Assembly (NCBI GenBank): GCA_963738795.1
Contig: CAVTXQ010000010.1
Location: 358,257-422,256, forward strand
Direction of reading: 5' to 3'
DNA from: an uncultured Gaiellaceae bacterium
GTDB lineage: Bacteria; Actinomycetota; Thermoleophilia; Gaiellales; Gaiellaceae
Length of the DNA: 64,000 nucleotides
The translations under genes and the position numbers were made by a program. The notes under the pieces are model-generated. The model was given only the letters and a program-made list of their open reading frames with translations, did not search any database and was not told where the DNA came from. Shown piece by piece: positions 57,827 through 64,000 of this stretch (positions are counted from its first letter, which is position 1; each line of letters opens with the position of its first letter).

Positions 57827-59327
57827 TCAGGCGCCCTTCTGCGCCTCGAGTTGACGGACCTTCCCCGGCTCCGCCGAGAGATCGGGGTGCTCCTCGAAGC
57901 CGTACTTGACGACGGCGCGCTTCGCCGCCTTCACCTCGTCGAGCCGGCGCACCGGCCGCGAGGTCGGCGCCTCCTTCAGCAGCTCGGGCGTCTCCGCCGC
58001 CTCGCCCGCGATCGCCAGCATCGCCTCGATGAACGCATCCAGCCGCTCCTTCGGCTCGGTCTCGGTCGGCTCGATCATCAGCGCCTCCGGCACGACGAGC
58101 GGGAAGTAGATCGTCGGCGGGTGATAGCCGTAGTCCATCAGCCGCTTCGCCACGTCCAGCGCCGTGATTCCGTGCTCGCGCTTGAGCGTGCGGGCGCTGA
58201 GCACGAACTCGTGCATCGCGAGGCGGTCGTACGGCAGGTCGTAGGCGTCGCGCAGCTTCGCGAGCAGGTAGTTCGCGTTCAGCACCGCCGTCTCCGACAT
58301 CTCGCGCAAGCCGGGGCCGTAGGAGCGGATGTAGGCGTAGGAGCGGACGAAGACGCCGAACGGGCCCGTGAAGCCGCGCACCTTGCCGATCGACTTCGGC
58401 CGGTCGTGGTCGAGCCGGAACGCGTCGCCGTTCTTGACGACCGCCGGCACCGGGAGGAACGGCTCGAGCTTCTTCCGCACGACGATCGGCCCGCCGCCGG
58501 GACCGCCGCCGCCGTGCGGCTGCGAGAACGTCTTGTGCAGGTTGATGTGGACGATGTCGAAGCCCATGTCGCCCGGCCGGGAGATCCCGCAGACGGCGTT
58601 CAGGTTCGCCCCGTCGTAATAGAGCAGTGAGCCGGCGTCGTGAAAGATCTTCGCGACCTCCTCGATGTTCTCGTCGAAGAGGCCGAGCGTGGACGGGTTC
58701 GTCAGCATCAGCCCGGCCGTCCGCTCGTTCACCTTCGCGCGCAGGTCGTCGACGTCGAGGTTGCCGCGCGCGTCGGTGGCGACCTTCTCGAGCTTGTAGC
58801 CGGCCATCGTCACGCTCGCCGGGTTCGTGCCGTGGGCGGTGTCGGCGGTGATGATCGTGTCGCGACTGGTCGCCCTCGCCGATGTCCTCGAAATAGGCGC
58901 GCATCAGCATCAGCCCGGTCAGCTCGCCCTGCGAGCCCGCAGCGGGCTGCAGCGAGCACGCGTCCAGACCCGCGACCTCCTGCAGGATCTCCTGCAGCCG
59001 CCACATCAGCTCGAGCGCGCCCTGCGCTCCGTCCTCCTCCTGATGGGGATGGAGATCCTTGAAGCCGGGCAGCATCGCGAGCCGTTCGTTGATCCGCGGG
59101 TTGTGCTTCATCGTGCAGCTGCCGAGCGGGTAGAAGCCCGTGTCGATCCCGAAGTTGCGCGTCGAGAGCTCGGTGAAGTGGCGCACGAGCTCGGGCTCGG
59201 CGAGCTCCGGCAGGCGCGGTGGCTCGGCGCGCCGCAGGTGCGCCGGAACCTCGGGCGTCGGCAGGCCGTACCGAGGCACCGCCGACGCGCGACGGCCGGG
59301 CTTCGACTTCTCGTAGATCAGCTCCAT
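57827..59327 (-). CDS. gcvPB: glycine dehydrogenase (decarboxylating) subunit 2; frame broken at about 58865
   Basis: The N-terminus of track ORF 57579..59327 (MELIYEKSKPGRRA...GSCTMKHNP...) joins track ORF 57827..58813 (...NLHKTFSQPHGGGGPG...). Removing the a at 58865 restores EGDQRDTIITADTAHGTNPAS. Confidence 0.9.
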
Positions 59328-60658
59328 CAGGCCCGGACCTCGTGCAGGACCTGGGCGAGCCGGTCGATGTCGGCCGGGCTGCGCTTCTCGGTCACTGCGA
59401 CGAGGAGCACGTCGTCCATGCCCTCATAGTCGCGCCCGATCGCATAGCCCGGATGAACGCCGTGCGCGCGCGCCTCGCGGATGACGTCGCGTGCGGATCG
59501 CTTCAGCCGGACGGCGAACTCCTTGAACGTCGACCGGTCGGGAAACGCGAGCGGCAGGCCGAGTTGGTCCTTCGCGTAGGCGCCGAGGCTCATGCACGTC
59601 TCCCCGACCTCGCGCAGACCCTGTGGGCCGAGCCAGGAGAGCTGGACGAGCCCGGCGAGCGCGAGCAGCGTCTGGTTCGTGGTCATGTTCGACGTCGCCT
59701 TCTCGCGGCGGATGTGCTGCTCGCGCGTCTGCAGCGTCAGCACGTAGCCGCGATCGCCGTTCAGGTCGGTCGTCTCGCCGATGATCCGCCCCGGCAGCCG
59801 CCGCGTGTACTCCGCCTTCGAGGCGAGGAAGCCGTAGTGCGGGCCGGCGTAGGACTGGTAGTTGCCGGCGCTCTGGCCCTCTCCGATCGCCAGGTCGGCG
59901 CCGTAGTTGCCGGGCGCCTCGAGCACGCCGAGCGAGACGGGATCGACGTGCGTGATCGCGAGTGCTCCTGCGTCCTTCGCCGCGGCCGCCAGCTCGGGCG
60001 CGTTCTCGAGGATGCCGAAGACGTTCGGCTGCTGGAAGATCACGGCGGCCGCGTCCTGCGACGCGGCGGCGAGACGATCCGGCTCGATCGCGCCGTTCGT
60101 GTGCGGCACCTCGACGACCTCGAGGCCGAAACCGACCGCGTAGGTCTTCACGACCTGCCGCACCTGCGGGTTCAGCGTCTCCGCGAGCACGACCTTGGCG
60201 CGGCCGGTCGCGTGCTTCGCGACGAGGCAGGCGTCCGCCGCGACCGTCGTCCCGTCGTACCCGGACGCGTTCGAGACGTCCATCGCAGTCAGCTCGCAGA
60301 TCGCGGTCTGGTACTCGAAGATCGCCTGCAGGACGCCCTGGCTCATCTCCGGCTGGTAGGGCGTGTACGCGGTCAGGAACTCGCCCCGCTGGAGCACGGC
60401 GTCGACGACCGCGGGCACGTAGTGGTCGTAGATGCCCATCCCGAGGAACGAGAGCTCCTTGGTCGTGTCGACGTTGCGGGACGCCAGCTCCTCGAGGTGC
60501 CGGTTCAGCTCGGGCTCGGAGAGCGCCGGCTCGAGGTCGAGCTCGCGCTGAAAGCGCACGCCCGCCGGGATGTCGCGGAAGAGCTCGTCGACCGACGCGA
60601 CGCCGATCGCAGCCAGCATCTCCTCGCGATCGGTATCGGTCGTCGAGAGCTGGCTCAT
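59327..60658 (-). CDS. gcvPA: glycine dehydrogenase (decarboxylating) subunit 1
   Basis: Frame of track ORF 59327..60955, starting at the ATG at 60658 (MSQLSTTDTDREEMLAAIGV...). 443 aa. ATGA overlaps with both neighbouring genes. Confidence 0.9.
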   Translation of the reverse strand: MSQLSTTDTDREEMLAAIGVASVDELFRDIPAGVRFQRELDLEPALSEPELNRHLEELASRNVDTTKELSFLGMGIYDHYVPAVVDAVLQRGEFLTAYTPYQPEMSQGVLQAIFEYQTAICELTAMDVSNASGYDGTTVAADACLVAKHATGRAKVVLAETLNPQVRQVVKTYAVGFGLEVVEVPHTNGAIEPDRLAAASQDAAAVIFQQPNVFGILENAPELAAAAKDAGALAITHVDPVSLGVLEAPGNYGADLAIGEGQSAGNYQSYAGPHYGFLASKAEYTRRLPGRIIGETTDLNGDRGYVLTLQTREQHIRREKATSNMTTNQTLLALAGLVQLSWLGPQGLREVGETCMSLGAYAKDQLGLPLAFPDRSTFKEFAVRLKRSARDVIREARAHGVHPGYAIGRDYEGMDDVLLVAVTEKRSPADIDRLAQVLHEVRA

Positions 60659-61050
60659 TGCTCTGCCAGCTGCTGCTTGTAGGCCTCGACGTCGAGCAGG
60701 CTGTCGACCTCGGCGGGATCGGCGAGCCGGATCCGGACGAGCCAGCCGTCGCCGTACGGGTCCTCGTTCACGGTCTCGGGCGCGTCGACGACCTTCTGGT
60801 TCACCTCGAGGATCTCGCCCGAGAGCGGCGCGATCACGTCCGAGACGGCCTTGACCGACTCGACTTCGCCGTAGGACGCGTCCTTGGTCGTCGAGCTGCC
60901 GTCCGCCGGCGCCTCGAAGTGGACGAGCTCGCCGAGTGCGTCCTGCGCGAACCACGTCACGCCGAGCGTCGCCTCGTCGCCCTCGATCCGGGCCCAGTCG
61001 TGCTCGGCGTGGTACTTGAGCCCGTCGGGATAGTCCTCGGCTGCAGCCAC
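60655..61050 (-). CDS. gcvH: glycine cleavage system H protein
   Basis: GTG at 61050 in the frame of 60655..61527. Lipoyl-lysine context GEVESVKAVSD. 131 aa. Confidence 0.9.
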   Translation of the reverse strand: MAAAEDYPDGLKYHAEHDWARIEGDEATLGVTWFAQDALGELVHFEAPADGSSTTKDASYGEVESVKAVSDVIAPLSGEILEVNQKVVDAPETVNEDPYGDGWLVRIRLADPAEVDSLLDVEAYKQQLAEQ

Positions 61051-61055
61051 GTCGC

Positions 61056-62104
61056 CTACTCCTCTCGCTTGTAGATCGGTTTCGGGACGACGGTCGCGCG
61101 GCGATGCTTGCCTCGGACGTCGATCTGGAGGTCGGTGCCCGGAGTCGCGGACGCGGCGGGGACGTAACCCATCCCGATCCCCTTGTCGAGCATCGGCGAG
61201 TGCGTCCCGGACGTCACCTCGCCACCGCCGTCGATCGGCATCCCGTTGCGCGGCACCGCCTTCTCCTCCATCACGAACGCGACGAGCTTCTGCGCGGGAC
61301 CGGCCTCCTTGATCTTCCGCAGCTCGCCGGCGCCGCTGAACTCCTTGCCGAGCGCGCAGGTCCAGGCGAGGCCGGCGGAGATCGCGTCGGTGTCGGGCGT
61401 GATGTCGTTGCCGTGCAGCGGGTAGCAGACCTCGAGCCGGAGCGTGTCGCGCGCGCCGAGCCCGGCCGGCGTGACGCCGCGGGCGGCGATCGCGTCCCAG
61501 AGCTCCTCGGCGTCCTCGGCCGGGCACATCAGCTCGACGCCCTGCTCGCCGGTGTAGCCGGTGCGGTTGACCATCACCTCGACACCGTCGACCTCGCCCA
61601 TCGCGTGCGTGAACGGCTTCGCCTCGGACAGCCCGAGCCGCTCGAGCGACCGGGCCCCTGCACCGCGAGCAGCGCGTACTCGTCGGAGGCGTCGCGGATC
61701 TCGGAGCCGCGGATCTCGCGCTCCTTCATCCACGCGTACGCGGCGTCGCGGTTGCCCGCGTTGACGACGACGAGATAGTGGTGCGCGTCGATCCGGTACG
61801 CGATCAGGTCGTCGACGATCCCGCCGCGCTCGTTCGTCAGCAGCGTGTACTGCGCCTCGCCGTCGCCGATCTTGTCGAGGTCGTTCGAGAGCAGCGACTG
61901 GAGCAGCTCGTGCGCGCTCGGGCCCTCGACGTGGAACTGGCCCATGTGCGAGACGTCGAAGACGCCGGCGTCCGTGCGCACCGCCTTGTGCTCCGGGATC
62001 ACGCCCTCGTACTGGACGGGCATCTCCCAGCCGGCGAAGGGAACCATCCGCGCCCCGGCAGCGACGTGGCGGGCGTGGAGCGGCGTGCGGAGGAGCGTCT
62101 GCAC
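61056..62104 (-). CDS. gcvT: glycine cleavage system aminomethyltransferase T; frame broken near 61655
   Basis: Track ORF 61574..62104 (MQTLLRTPLHARHVAAGARMVPFAGWEMPVQY...) joins the frame of 61056..62219 (...NRTGYTGEQGVEL...). Confidence 0.9.
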
Positions 62105-62312
62105 GCGCTGACTCTAACGCACTGGAGAAAGCACGAGGCCCCGGCGAACCGGGGCCTCGGACCGGGTCTCCTAGACCGACCGGGCAGTCGGCCAAGAGGG
62201 CATGGGCGCAGGATTCCACTCGAACGCAAACCGAACCTGAGAACTGCGGAAGCGAGCCTCCCCTTCAGGGTCTTCGCGCGGGTACGGGCTTTGCCCGTGC
62301 CCTGCGCAGAAA
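62105..62312 (-). ncRNA. candidate glycine riboswitch (single aptamer plus terminator-like hairpin) in the gcvT leader
   Basis: Read on the minus strand. P1 is GCGCAGG (62307-62301) paired with CCTGCGC (62212-62206). Inside it lie the hairpin ACGGGC-AAA-GCCCGT, CTGAAGGGGAGG (compare CCGAAGGGGCAA) and TTCTCAGG (compare CTCAGGCA). Next comes GGCCCCGG-TTCG-CCGGGGCC (62156-62137), followed by a U-containing tract before the start codon. This is a match from memory only. Confidence 0.45.
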
Positions 62313-63392
62313 TCAGTCGTCGCGGAGGAAGGACGGGATCTCGAGATCCGCGTCGGAACGTTCGCGTTCGCGCTCGCGCTCGACGGGCGCCTCACCGACG
62401 CCGACGGGCTGCGGGACGGCCGCCTCCACCCGCCGGCGGCGCATGCGAGTGCCGAAGCCGGTTGCGATCACCGTCACGCGCACCTCGTCGCCGAGCGAGT
62501 CGTCGATGACGGCGCCGAAGATCACGTTCGCGTTCGAGTCGGCTGCGCCGGTGACGACCTCGGCCGCCTCGTTGACCTCGAAGAGGCCGAGCTCGGTGCC
62601 GCCGGTGACGTTGAGCAGGATCCCGGTCGCGCCGTCGACCGACTGCTCGAGCAGCGGCGAGGAGACGGCGGTGCGCGCTGCCTCGGCGGCGCGATTCTCG
62701 CCCGACGCGGTTCCGATTCCCATCAGCGCCGAACCGGCGTCGCGCATGATCGTGCGAACGTCGGCGAAGTCGAGGTTGACGATCCCGGGCACGGTGATCA
62801 GGTCGGTGATCCCCTGGACGCCCTGGCGAAGGATGTCGTCGGCGATCCGGAAGGCCTCGGTGACCGGCGTCTTCTTCTCGACCACCTGCAGGAGGCGGTC
62901 GTTCTCGATCACGATCAGCGTGTCGACCCGGTCACGGAGGTTCTGCGTCCCGACTTCTGCCTGCTCGGCGCGCCGGCGTCCTTCGAACGCGAACGGCTTC
63001 GTGACGACGCCGACTGTGAGCGCGCCGAGCTCGCGGCCCAGCTCGGCCACGACCGGTGCGCCGCCGGTTCCGGTGCCGCCGCCCTCGCCGGCGGTGACGA
63101 AGATCATGTCGGCGCCCTTCAGCGCCTCCTTCAGCTCGTCGCGACTCTCGGTCGCCGCCGCGAGCCCGACCGCTGGATCGGCTCCGGCGCCGAGGCCGCG
63201 TGTCGCCTCGGAGCCGATGTGGATCTTCACGTCCGCGTCGGCCATCAGCAGCGCCTGCGCGTCCGTGTTAACGGCGATGAACTCGACCCCGCCGAGGCCC
63301 GCGTCGACCATGCGGTTGACCGCGTTCGTGCCGCCGCCGCCGACGCCGACGACCTTGATCACCGCGAGATAGTTGCCTGAGGAATCTTTCAT
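62313..63392 (-). CDS. ftsZ: cell division protein FtsZ
   Basis: Frame of track ORF 62313..63629, starting at the ATG at 63392 ([28 protein letters not shown]...). Tubulin signature [11 protein letters not shown]. 359 aa. Confidence 0.95.
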   Translation of the reverse strand: MKDSSGNYLAVIKVVGVGGGGTNAVNRMVDAGLGGVEFIAVNTDAQALLMADADVKIHIGSEATRGLGAGADPAVGLAAATESRDELKEALKGADMIFVTAGEGGGTGTGGAPVVAELGRELGALTVGVVTKPFAFEGRRRAEQAEVGTQNLRDRVDTLIVIENDRLLQVVEKKTPVTEAFRIADDILRQGVQGITDLITVPGIVNLDFADVRTIMRDAGSALMGIGTASGENRAAEAARTAVSSPLLEQSVDGATGILLNVTGGTELGLFEVNEAAEVVTGAADSNANVIFGAVIDDSLGDEVRVTVIATGFGTRMRRRRVEAAVPQPVGVGEAPVERERERERSDADLEIPSFLRDD

Positions 63393-63504
63393 CGAAGGAA
63401 TGTCTCGACCTCTCTCGACCTGAAGCTCGAGTTGAGCATCGTAGCGACCATCTTCCTTTCCGCGTCCAGCGTACGTCTCCTTCTCGGCACTGTCAATCGG
63501 AAAC

Positions 63505-64000
63505 TCAAGGAATGGTCGAGTCCGAAGTCTCGACCTCAACCTGAGAGTTGAGGCTCTCGCCCGCCACCGGCCGCTCCGGGACACTGACGTCGAGGTAACC
63601 GCGAAGGTCACCGAGCTGCGGCAGCACACGGCGGGCGACTTCGAGCTTCACCGCCAGATCGGCCACGTCGCCAAGCCGCAGCTCGACGCCGGAGCGGAGC
63701 GTCAGCGTCACTCCCTCGCGTCCGGCGAGGACGGAGTTGACGGCCGACGGCAGCGGGTCGCCGACGAGCGGCGCCACCGCCGCGACCGCGAGCCGCTGCG
63801 GTCCGCGCAGCGACTCCCCCACGCGCACGTCGACGGTGCGTTTCAGCCAGACACGCGGGAGTCCCGGACGTTCACCCTGCTCGAGCTCGGCGACGATCCG
63901 GCCGCCGGCCGCGGCGAGCCAGGAGGACGAACCCTGGCGGAGCACCGCGACCGGCACCTCGGGGACGACGGCAATCTCGAGCGTGTGCGGGAAGCCCCGG
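63505..64000 (-). CDS. ftsQ: cell division protein FtsQ/DivIB, 3' part (5' end beyond the window)
   Basis: The frame stays open to the window edge (...[28 protein letters not shown]...). The POTRA-to-beta-domain pattern and the position directly upstream of ftsZ both fit FtsQ. Confidence 0.65.
   Translation of the reverse strand, partial: RGFPHTLEIAVVPEVPVAVLRQGSSSWLAAAGGRIVAELEQGERPGLPRVWLKRTVDVRVGESLRGPQRLAVAAVAPLVGDPLPSAVNSVLAGREGVTLTLRSGVELRLGDVADLAVKLEVARRVLPQLGDLRGYLDVSVPERPVAGESLNSQVEVETSDSTIP

Overview
This is a high-GC (about 70% by eye) bacterial chromosomal segment. It looks actinobacterial: GTG/TTG starts, 4-nt ATGA/GTGA start-stop overlaps, and long Arg/Ala/Pro-rich antisense ORFs throughout the six-frame track. 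A Thermoleophilia/Rubrobacteria-like lineage is a low-confidence guess.

Layout, left to right:
(i) 1-7.9 kb: poorly coding accessory stretch with somewhat lower third-position GC. It holds small secreted and membrane proteins, two paralogous secreted proteins and a tRNA T-arm-like fragment.
(ii) 8.0-16.0 kb: ribose/xylose-type sugar ABC transporter, ROK regulator, SIS and Gfo/Idh/MocA genes.
(iii) 16.1-20.8 kb: cNMP-binding/thioredoxin-reductase-like fusion, a BNR beta-propeller + MoaD/ThiS pair, and an FG-GAP protein.
(iv) 20.9-29.1 kb: the most unusual part. Eleven single-gene modules (cupin x2, YciI x2, MBL-like x2, AlkZ/YcaQ-like, VOC, SDR, one secreted, one membrane protein) are each separated from the next by one copy of a co-oriented ~30-bp repeat (12 copies). 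The layout is integron/CALIN-like, but no recombinase is in view.
(v) 29.1-35.1 kb: sugar/deoxyribose-type catabolic genes.
(vi) 35.1-43.9 kb: ten-gene minus-strand operon (Liv-type ABC transporter, alpha/beta hydrolase, acyl-CoA synthetase, TetR, KAS III-like, MaoC).
(vii) 44-57.6 kb: housekeeping mix (pepF, receiver, gltX, nfo, CaCA antiporter, serine hydrolase, ltaE, ArsR + AHSA1/ankyrin, rlmN, an MshEN-domain coiled-coil protein, two HExxH proteins).
(viii) 57.8-64 kb: gcvT-H-PA-PB operon with a candidate glycine riboswitch, then ftsZ and the 3' part of ftsQ.

Across the window, about 30 single-base frame breaks interrupt roughly 23 otherwise well-conserved genes, including essential gltX. 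Many coordinates below therefore join two or three track ORFs.

I recognised no rRNA, complete tRNA, CRISPR array, transposase or integrase. All family assignments come from my memory of protein families and motifs, not from a search.
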